From assembly GCA_046075565.1 (NCBI GenBank), contig JBJTQJ010000120.1, positions 1 through 15,070 of the forward strand: a DNA stretch of 15,070 nt. Direction: 5' to 3'. Positions within the stretch are counted from its first letter, which is position 1; every line of letters begins with the position of its first letter. Shown here piece after piece: positions 8,768 to 15,070 of the stretch. Source of the DNA: Verrucomicrobiales bacterium (GTDB lineage: Bacteria > Verrucomicrobiota > Verrucomicrobiia > Verrucomicrobiales > SLCJ01). Below the pieces are notes generated by a model. That model made no database searches. It saw only the letters and a list, made by a program, of their open reading frames with translations, and had not been told where the DNA came from. Both the position numbers and the translations under genes were made by a program.

Positions 8768-9223
8768 TTAGCCCTGAACCGCCGAAAGCACCTGGCGGGC
8801 GCTGTCAGTCACGCCGCGGGCAGGTTTGCCATCCATTTGCACGAGCATTTTCGCCAGGCTGCTAGCGAGACCCTCGCGCATCTTGCGGATGATGCGGCGT
8901 CCTTTGTCGGTGATCATGACAAGAATCTTCCGGCGATCTTCCTCGGCGTGCATCCGGGCGACATATCCCAGTTTCTGCAAGCGATCCACCAAACCGGTGG
9001 CCGCCGCGGTGCTATGGCCCATCTTCTTGGCGATTTCGCTCATGGTCAGCGCCTCGGATTGGTCCAGGCAACCCAGAAGGAAAAGTTGGGCGTAGGAAAT
9101 GCGGCCCGCGTTGAGGTCTTTGGAAATCTCAAGGAAGCAGGACCTCTGCGCCAGCATGAGGAAATCAGCTAGTTGTTCGGCGGTTTCGCCGGAGGCACGG
9201 TTGGGAATGCGGTCGATGCTCAT
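8768..9223 (-). CDS. MarR family transcriptional regulator
   Basis: LTMSEIAKKMGHSTAAATGLVDRLQKLGYVAR...EDRRKILVMITDKG winged HTH. Confidence 0.95.
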   Translation of the reverse strand: MSIDRIPNRASGETAEQLADFLMLAQRSCFLEISKDLNAGRISYAQLFLLGCLDQSEALTMSEIAKKMGHSTAAATGLVDRLQKLGYVARMHAEEDRRKILVMITDKGRRIIRKMREGLASSLAKMLVQMDGKPARGVTDSARQVLSAVQG

Positions 9224-9282
9224 GGAATGCGGTGTTGTTTTGCTTTCCTATCATTAACCCCTCCCGGAACTTTCAGCAAGAC

Positions 9283-9299
9283 GAAAGTTTTAAACTTCC
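9283..9299. promoter_or_regulatory. AT-rich inverted repeat upstream of marR, candidate autoregulatory operator
   Basis: AAGTTT-T-AAACTT at 9285-9297, within an AT-rich intergenic region ~60-75 nt upstream of the marR start. Confidence 0.35.
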
Positions 9300-9387
9300 A
9301 TAGAGAGCAGACAAAAAACGGCAAAAATCAGGTCCTAAAACTAAAAAACTTCCTCTATTCGCACGAATGCGAATAAAATTTTATCGA

Positions 9388-9780
9388 TTATGGGGTCGGC
9401 GGAGCGGTTTTCTCGGTCTTCAGGCGGACGACCTCATACCCTTTTTCCATGGTTCCGGAAAGCACATCGGCGGCAACCATGCGGCTTTTCCGCTCCGGGG
9501 TGACCTTAACCTTGCCGACACTTGTCCCGGCGAATCGAACCTCCAGCTCCTCGCCCGTGGCGACCGACTCCCCGGCTTCGAGCTGGAAGACGACAAATGC
9601 GTTGTCGGCTCCGAGCACGAGGATACGCCCTACCACGGTCTCGGTCACGACCTCCGCGGGCAGGGTTTCGGTGGTGCCGGTGCCGGTTCCTCCGGGGCCC
9701 TCCGGCTTGTCTTTGCCATGTTTACAGGATGGACCAATGGTCATGGCCATCGCCGCGAGGAGTATGAAAGTCCGGCGCAT
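9388..9780 (-). CDS. Hypothetical lipoprotein with a small beta-barrel domain
   Basis: MRRTFILLAAMAMTIGPS-C lipobox-like signal, G/T/P-rich linker, beta-rich domain ending AADVLSGTMEKGYEV. Confidence 0.75.
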   Translation of the reverse strand: MRRTFILLAAMAMTIGPSCKHGKDKPEGPGGTGTGTTETLPAEVVTETVVGRILVLGADNAFVVFQLEAGESVATGEELEVRFAGTSVGKVKVTPERKSRMVAADVLSGTMEKGYEVVRLKTEKTAPPTP

Positions 9781-9832
9781 ATAGCAATGTTGGCCGAAGC
9801 CGAGCAATCCGGCAAGTCGCAAAGCAACACAG

Positions 9833-9861
9833 TTGACGCCTCCCCCCCCCTCGGTTAAAAT
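9833..9861 (+). promoter_or_regulatory. sigma70 promoter of tRNA-Ser
   Basis: TTGACG (9833-9838), N17, TAAAAT (9856-9861), 20 nt before the tRNA. The spacer contains a C9 tract. Confidence 0.85.
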
Positions 9862-9881
9862 CTCCGTCCCGCCACAACCAA

Positions 9882-9973
9882 GGAGAGTTGGCTGAGTGGT
9901 CGAAAGCAGCGCTTTGCTAAAGCGCCATACGGGTCAAACCGTATCGAGGGTTCGAATCCCTCACTCTCCGCCA
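9882..9973 (+). tRNA. trnS: tRNA-Ser (anticodon GCT)
   Basis: Acceptor stem GGAGAGT/ACTCTCC, discriminator G and encoded CCA; anticodon arm GCGCT-TTGCTAA-AGCGC; long variable arm ATACGG-GTCAAA-CCGTAT; T arm GAGGG-TTCGAAT-CCCTC. Confidence 0.98.
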
Positions 9974-10133
9974 TTCTTCGCTTCCTTACCGGAAGCTACG
10001 AATGGCAAGCCAGCACCCCTCCCCGCACCCTGGAGAAGGCCATCAATTCCCAAAAAGGAAGCGAAGAATGCCCTTCGAAGCTCGCAGAGCGAAGTAGGGC
10101 GGCGTAGAATGTCCATCGATGTTCTACGCCTAT
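9955..10133 (+). repeat. 179-bp direct repeat, copy 1 (tRNA 3' 19 nt + palindromes + first 5 codons of the GIY-YIG gene)
   Basis: Matches 10216-10394 at offset 261 with two mismatches (10066 G vs 10327 A; 10101 G vs 10362 C). Confidence 0.95.
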
Positions 10134-10215
10134 TTCCCGGGATTCGAACCCTTGATCTGGAAAATTCGGTTCGATTGCCGCGGCAGCGGCAAGGCCGCGA
10201 CCGCAGGGAGCGGAC
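10134..10215. repeat. 82-bp tRNA-T-arm-derived palindromic spacer module
   Basis: GGGATTCGAACCC (10139-10151) is the exact reverse complement of tRNA 9948-9960. Also GGTTCGA (10168-10174) and hairpins TTGCCGC-GGCA-GCGGCAA and CCGC...GCGG. Confidence 0.8.
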
Positions 10216-10394
10216 AATCCCTCACTCTCCGCCATTCTTCGCTTCCTTACCGGAAGCTACGAATGGCAAGCCAGCACCCCTCCCCGCACCCTGGAGAAGG
10301 CCATCAATTCCCAAAAAGGAAGCGAAAAATGCCCTTCGAAGCTCGCAGAGCGAAGTAGGGCCGCGTAGAATGTCCATCGATGTTCTACGCCTAT
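10216..10394 (+). repeat. 179-bp direct repeat, copy 2 (leads into the intact GIY-YIG gene)
   Basis: Begins AATCCCTCACTCTCCGCCA (tRNA 3' end duplicate, att-like) and ends in ATGTTCTACGCCTAT. Confidence 0.95.
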
Positions 10395-10628
10395 ATCCTC
10401 CACTCGGAAAAATTCCCAGGTACCCTTTATTATGGGTTCACCACCAACCTCAAGTCCCGCCTGATCGCACACAATGGAGGAGGAAATGATTCGACGCGGA
10501 ACATGCGTCCATGGAAGCTGGCCTGGTATGGCGCATTTCAGACAGAAAAAGCTGCCCGGGCCTTCGAAGACTATCTGAAAACCGCATCGGGCAAGGCATT
10601 TGCCCGAAAACGTTTGCTCCCTTCATGA
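10380..10628 (+). CDS. Small stand-alone GIY-YIG nuclease family protein (UPF0213/SLX1-like)
   Basis: FYAYIL...LYYGFTTNLKSRLIAHN...TRNMRPWKL...AFEDYLKTASG; conserved Tyr, Gly, Arg, His and Glu are present. Confidence 0.92.
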   Translation: MFYAYILHSEKFPGTLYYGFTTNLKSRLIAHNGGGNDSTRNMRPWKLAWYGAFQTEKAARAFEDYLKTASGKAFARKRLLPS

Positions 10629-10684
10629 GCGTGCCTCACCCGCCCGGCGGGACGGCCTCCGGATTCCTTGGATTTTCCCGATCT

Positions 10685-11608
10685 TCAACGGCAGTCGGTC
10701 GGAGTCTGGCCGAGAGCCTGCCGGTAAAAGACCCAGTTCGCCTCGCCCAGACCCTGGAGCAGCGCCAGCGTGTCGTGGCCTGCCTCCGGCACGATGGAGA
10801 AGGTGTGGTCGATCTTGAGCTTGGTGAGATGCTCGGAGTAGGCGCGATTCAGCGGGCCGGAGCTATCACGCGAACCGACCGCGATGCGCACGATCCCTTT
10901 GCCACGCACGGCAGCCGCCTGCTGTTCGGCGATGGTGATGGGATGCTGCGCGCGATAGTAATCCAAGTCTCCACCGAAGGCCTCCTTCAGGATGCGCTCG
11001 CGCCCGGCCGGATTCGCGGTGGCGCGTGGTCCGGAAAAATCCAGGTCCAGCGGACCGCCCGCGAGAATGGAGACCGCTCCGAAAAGTTGCGGATACTTGA
11101 ATCCCAGCCTCGCCGCGCCAAATCCGCCCATGCTGAATCCTTCAAGGATCCGGCCTTCGCGTGCGGCGACCGTGCGAAACGTGGCATCAACATGCGGGAT
11201 GAGTTCCTTGATGATCACGGTTTCGATGGGCGCGGTGCCGTCCTTCGAGTTGCACCACATGCTTCCGGTCAGCCCATTCGAAAAGACCACGAGCATGGGC
11301 GGGATCTTACCTTCCCGCATCGCTCGGTCGAACAACTCGGAAAGCCGCGGAATTCCCGGCAGTCCGCCGCCCGTGCCATGCAGCCAGTAGAGCACGGGAA
11401 AGCGCCGTTCTTTTTCGGTTTCGCAGATCTCCGGCGTGAAGACATGGCAGCTCACCTGTCGCCCCGCCGCCTTGCTGTCGAAGAGCACACGCTGAACACG
11501 CGGTGCATCCACCTCCGGCAGCACCCAGCGCGGGGCTTGTTGGGCGTGCAGCGGAGCCAGCGGCGTGAGCAGCAGGGCGGTTAGGAAGGTGCGGCACTGT
11601 TTCATCAT
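10685..11608 (-). CDS. Secreted esterase, alpha/beta hydrolase (Fes/XynZ feruloyl-esterase-like family)
   Basis: Signal peptide; RFPVLYWLHGTGG, ELIPHVDATFRT, nucleophile GFSMGG, VGSRD, AGHD. Start ATG 11608/11605, or TTG 11644 overlapping the upstream stop. Confidence 0.9.
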   Translation of the reverse strand: MMKQCRTFLTALLLTPLAPLHAQQAPRWVLPEVDAPRVQRVLFDSKAAGRQVSCHVFTPEICETEKERRFPVLYWLHGTGGGLPGIPRLSELFDRAMREGKIPPMLVVFSNGLTGSMWCNSKDGTAPIETVIIKELIPHVDATFRTVAAREGRILEGFSMGGFGAARLGFKYPQLFGAVSILAGGPLDLDFSGPRATANPAGRERILKEAFGGDLDYYRAQHPITIAEQQAAAVRGKGIVRIAVGSRDSSGPLNRAYSEHLTKLKIDHTFSIVPEAGHDTLALLQGLGEANWVFYRQALGQTPTDCR

Positions 11609-11640
11609 GGTCAGAAATCGCGTCAGCAGGGGAAATGTGC

Positions 11641-13596
11641 TCAAGGTTGTTTCGCGCCGTGCTTTTCAAACCACGCCCGGACCGCGGTGAACACTCGCTC
11701 GCGCTGGGTCTGGTCGATGGGGTGACCTTCGCCGTCGTAAACGGTGCGTTCATTGACCACGCGGTTTTTGTCGAGGATGGCTTTGAAGTCCGCCGACTGC
11801 TGTGGGCGCACGACCGCGTCCGCGCTGCCATGCAGGATAAGGAACGGCGTGCGGACCTGTTCCGCCTTCGCGGCGGACGGCGCGGGAAAACCTTCCTCCG
11901 GCGCGATGCCGCTGCCGGTGATCGCCGCCGCCTGCAAACTATCGGGTGCAATTGCCGCCAACCCGATCGTCACGAAGCCACCCATGCTGTGTCCGTAGCC
12001 AAAGAGGCGTTTGGTATTCACCTCAGGCATGCGGCTCACCAGATCAAGACACGTGCGCGCGCGCCGGAGGTTCTGCGCGCTTGCGCCGTAATCGGCAAGA
12101 TGTTGTCCGCTGTCAGCGCCTTTCGGTGGTGGGCCGGCTTTGGGTGCGCCCGGTCGGTCGCCCTGCGCGCCGGCGGAATGTGTATAAGAGGGGGCGATGC
12201 AGACGAAGCCCCACTTCACCATCTCGCGCGCCTTGGTCAGCCCGAAACTCTCCGCGCTGCCGCCGAGCCCGTGGCTGATGAGCACGGCGGGAAATGGCCC
12301 TTTGCCCTCGGGCTTGAGCAGGATGCCGTCCATCACGAAATCGCCGTCGCGATACGTCCAGCGCTCGCCATTGATCTGAAATTCCCCGGACCCGGTCGCG
12401 GGGTTCTTTGCCGCCGTGGCTGTGTTTGTCGCGGCAACGTCGTTGAAATCCTCTTTCGAAACGAAACCATCGCGATTTCGGTCGAGGCGGTCGAACATTG
12501 CGGCCGGGCCTTTGAACTGGTTGCGCGCCACCCGGCCATCGTCTTCGACGCCTTCGATGCCTCGGACTCGCTCCCAACTCATTTTGCCACCTCCCTTGGG
12601 CGTGCCGGCTTTGCCTTTGCCGGCTGCGGGCGCGGGCGCATCGTTGCTGTCCGAAGTCTTTGCCGGGCCGAGATTCGGCGGGAGCGGTTTGGTTTTGAGC
12701 ACGCGGTCGAAGAAGTCGGCCACCATCGGCTCGATCTCCGGTCCGCCGAAGCCCTGGCCGTGGCCCGCGCCCTTGATGGTGTGGAAATGCACGTTCACGC
12801 CCGCCTGTTTCAATGCATCATAGAGGAGTTGGCTTTGGTTGATCGGCACCAAGGGGTCCTTGTCGCCATGCACGATCAGAAATGCCGGATCGTCCTTGCT
12901 CACGTAGGTGATAGGATTCGCGCGCGCGGCACGGTCCTTGTTCTCCATCACCGCGCCGCCGATGAGTTTCGCCTCGGGCGAATTTGCCGTGGCGTGACTC
13001 TCGTATCCGGGCGTGGTGACGAACACCGTGAAATCGGTCGGCCCGAAGTAATCGCACACCGCCTGCACGCGGCTGGACTGTTCCAGATGCGCGCCGACAT
13101 CGAAAGCCTTCACGTCGCCGCTCGTGCCGGCCAGCGCGACGAGATGGCCCCCGGCGGAACTGCCCCAAACGCCAAAACGTTTCGGATCAAGACGGTATTC
13201 CTCCGCGTGCGCGCGCAGCCAGCGGATGGCGGCCTTGCAGTCCTCGATCTGCGCCGGAAACACCGCGTGGCCGCTGAGACGATAGTTGATGCTCGCCACC
13301 GCGTAGCCGCGTTCCGTGTAGCCGTTGCGCAACGGCGGGCAACCCTCCTTGCTGCCGTTCTGCCAGCCGCCGCCGTGAATCCAGATGATCAAGGGCAATG
13401 GTCCGTCCGCCTTCTCCGGCACGAACAAATCGAGTTTCTGCCGCTCGTGCCCGTTGACGACGTAGGCAAGGTCGCGATGCGCTTTCACTCCTTGCGCGAC
13501 GGGCGCGGAACCACCGGAACGGGGTTGAGCGGTGACAGGGAGCGCGGCCAGCGGCGCGAGCAGCAGGGCGGCGAGGAGGAAAATGAGATGATTCAT
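11641..13596 (-). CDS. Secreted tandem alpha/beta hydrolase: BD-FAE/HSL-like domain + EF-hand linker + dienelactone-hydrolase/S9-like domain
   Basis: Domain 1: HGGGW, GSSAGG, HGDKD, GAGHG. EF-hand: DRLDRNRDGFVSKEDF. Domain 2: SHGLGG, GHSMGG, HGSAD, GEGH. Confidence 0.88.
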   Translation of the reverse strand: MNHLIFLLAALLLAPLAALPVTAQPRSGGSAPVAQGVKAHRDLAYVVNGHERQKLDLFVPEKADGPLPLIIWIHGGGWQNGSKEGCPPLRNGYTERGYAVASINYRLSGHAVFPAQIEDCKAAIRWLRAHAEEYRLDPKRFGVWGSSAGGHLVALAGTSGDVKAFDVGAHLEQSSRVQAVCDYFGPTDFTVFVTTPGYESHATANSPEAKLIGGAVMENKDRAARANPITYVSKDDPAFLIVHGDKDPLVPINQSQLLYDALKQAGVNVHFHTIKGAGHGQGFGGPEIEPMVADFFDRVLKTKPLPPNLGPAKTSDSNDAPAPAAGKGKAGTPKGGGKMSWERVRGIEGVEDDGRVARNQFKGPAAMFDRLDRNRDGFVSKEDFNDVAATNTATAAKNPATGSGEFQINGERWTYRDGDFVMDGILLKPEGKGPFPAVLISHGLGGSAESFGLTKAREMVKWGFVCIAPSYTHSAGAQGDRPGAPKAGPPPKGADSGQHLADYGASAQNLRRARTCLDLVSRMPEVNTKRLFGYGHSMGGFVTIGLAAIAPDSLQAAAITGSGIAPEEGFPAPSAAKAEQVRTPFLILHGSADAVVRPQQSADFKAILDKNRVVNERTVYDGEGHPIDQTQRERVFTAVRAWFEKHGAKQP

Positions 13597-13608
13597 GATT
13601 CAGATGAG

Positions 13609-15070
13609 TCAGTCGGCCATCACGCGCAGCCGCACAAATTTCGACGGATTGGCCGCGGAGATCGCCGGGAGGATTCGCACGGTGACGAGTTGCGTCACGC
13701 CGTCACCGGTCGAGGTGGCACCGATTTCCTGGGTGAATCCGGCCCCACTTTTCCATGGGCCGAGTGTGTCGCTCACCTCTACGGTGTAGGTGAGCTGCGG
13801 GGCATCGGTGCGGCGCAGGTATTGGTAGTGCAGATACCTCAGACCATCGCCTGGATTCACGGCGGTGGTGCTTGTGGGAAGTCCGGCGATGCTCATGGCG
13901 ATTGGCGATTGATTGAGGGCGTATTCGAGCAGGAGGGGAATACCGTCGTGCTCAAGGTCATCATTCGGGTCGTTCGCAATTGTAGGGTTGAGGCCGAACT
14001 GCTGCTCCCAGACGAACGGGAGGTTGTCGCCGTCCTCATCACTGCTCGGGCTGGTGGTGGCGGCGGTGGCGTAGAAGTCGTGCCAGCGTTGCAGCGCGGG
14101 TTGGAAGGCGGCATTGTCGATGTCGCCGATGTAAACCTCGTGATACTCGGCGCGGTAGGTGTTGTAGGCGAACTCGATAGCGTCGTTGGGCGTGCCGTAG
14201 CTGGTGTTGGTGACGTGACCGTCATTGAAGGGCCGTGTCCAACTGCCGAGCATTTGAAAACCATTCCATGTCGCATCACGTGAGTTGAAAAGCGCGCTGC
14301 CAAACCCGGTGACGGGGGTGGCGCTGTAGGGATCGAGCAGCGGCCCGTTGCGCTTGGCGGCAAGGTTTTCCATGAAGAAACCGACGCGCGGACGGATGAG
14401 GTCGTTGAACTCCGCGAGCAGTTGCTGCCTGATCCAGTCGGCAGCGGCGACACCGCCGTAGCTGGTGTTTTCATTGTCCGTGATGGGCCAGAAGCCGATC
14501 TGCACGAACTTGCCGGGGAACTCGTCTTGGAAGGCACGCAACTCGGTCTGCACGGCCTGCAGCATCTTCTGGCGCGTGTAGCCTGGCATGTTGCGGAGCT
14601 GGGTGGAATTGGGATCGCGGACGCCGGTGAAGCCGCCGGGCAAATACGGATCGAGCAGATCAAGACGGGGATCATTTCGAAGCGCGATGCCATTCGTGAT
14701 GAGACTTCCCATCGCGGCGAGAAAGGCGCGGCGACGCTGCTGCACATACGGATCCCAGGGCGTGGCGCGTGCGGTGCCGGCGTCGCTCCAGGTCTCGACG
14801 CCGGAGGTGGCGGCGATGTAGTCCGGCTCGCTGGGCACGATGATGAGTGAGAGTTTCTGGCCTGCGGGCAGCTTGTTGAGCGCGTTCTGGATGATGAAGA
14901 AGTCATACGCACCGGGCGTGGTGCTGCTCTCCACGTCATTCCACGCGACACGCAGCGTGAAGCCATCGACGAAGCTGTGGCTGCGGATGTTGGCATCACG
15001 CAGGGAGATCGCCTTGCCAAAGCTCGTCGTGTAGTTCGTAGCGCCCCCGCTATCGAGCACGAAAAGGCCA
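13609..15070 (-). CDS. Glycoside-hydrolase-like (GH42/clan A-like TIM barrel) protein with a verrucomicrobial C-terminal domain; 5' end outside the window
   Basis: The frame stays open to the window edge (...GLFVLDSGG). Motifs VDGFTLRVAWNDVE...PGAYDF and PWDPY; C-terminal DEDGDNLP...LLEYAL...KFVRLRVMAD. Confidence 0.6.
   Translation of the reverse strand, partial: GLFVLDSGGATNYTTSFGKAISLRDANIRSHSFVDGFTLRVAWNDVESSTTPGAYDFFIIQNALNKLPAGQKLSLIIVPSEPDYIAATSGVETWSDAGTARATPWDPYVQQRRRAFLAAMGSLITNGIALRNDPRLDLLDPYLPGGFTGVRDPNSTQLRNMPGYTRQKMLQAVQTELRAFQDEFPGKFVQIGFWPITDNENTSYGGVAAADWIRQQLLAEFNDLIRPRVGFFMENLAAKRNGPLLDPYSATPVTGFGSALFNSRDATWNGFQMLGSWTRPFNDGHVTNTSYGTPNDAIEFAYNTYRAEYHEVYIGDIDNAAFQPALQRWHDFYATAATTSPSSDEDGDNLPFVWEQQFGLNPTIANDPNDDLEHDGIPLLLEYALNQSPIAMSIAGLPTSTTAVNPGDGLRYLHYQYLRRTDAPQLTYTVEVSDTLGPWKSGAGFTQEIGATSTGDGVTQLVTVRILPAISAANPSKFVRLRVMAD

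Noticed and set aside
9955-10394. CRISPR array or second tRNA gene
   Set aside because: Only two long copies and no cas genes. Copy 2 contains just the last 19 nt of the tRNA, with no D or anticodon arm.
9896-10489. 197-aa ORF with an internal peptide repeat, and ORF 10119..10358
   Set aside because: These are translations of the tRNA and of the DNA duplication (period 261 is a multiple of 3). 10119..10358 shares only MFYAY with the nuclease.
10629-10684. Intrinsic terminator or right end of the GIY-YIG element
   Set aside because: CCCGCC-C-GGCGGG has too small a loop and no U-tract, and no match to the upstream palindromes was found, so the element's right boundary is undefined.
11635-14283. 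882-aa ORF on the + strand
   Set aside because: Antisense shadow of well-supported - strand hydrolase genes. It has no recognisable motifs, and long stop-free antisense frames are common with GC-rich codon usage.
13893-15020. 375-aa alternative-frame ORF on the - strand
   Set aside because: Ser/Pro/Arg/Thr-rich off-frame translation nested in the GH-like gene.

Overview
GC-rich bacterial DNA. Gene content and protein styles suggest Verrucomicrobiota, Luteolibacter/Haloferula-like; this is an inference. Left edge (1-2236): accessory segment with the left end of an IS3-family element (transposase orfA on the - strand, absent from the ORF track), a possibly IS-interrupted hypothetical gene, and a secreted trypsin-like protease. 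Middle (2270-9780): housekeeping-like genes, namely an SxxC redoxin-SHD1 fusion, gluconolactonase, rhomboid protease, GT-C membrane glycosyltransferase, a marR-pgeF-DEDD exonuclease-LOG run and a lipoprotein. Next is tRNA-Ser(GCT) at 9882-9973. Its 3' end starts a 179-bp direct repeat (9955-10133 and 10216-10394, 2 mismatches) that is packed with palindromes. The copies are separated by an 82-bp T-arm-derived module and run into an 82-aa stand-alone GIY-YIG nuclease gene. This tRNA-anchored repeat/GIY-YIG module is the best candidate for an undescribed minimal mobile system. Right end (10685-15070, - strand): a secreted esterase, a double alpha/beta-hydrolase with an EF-hand, and a 5'-truncated glycoside-hydrolase-like protein. 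All calls are from motif recognition by eye; no searches were run.
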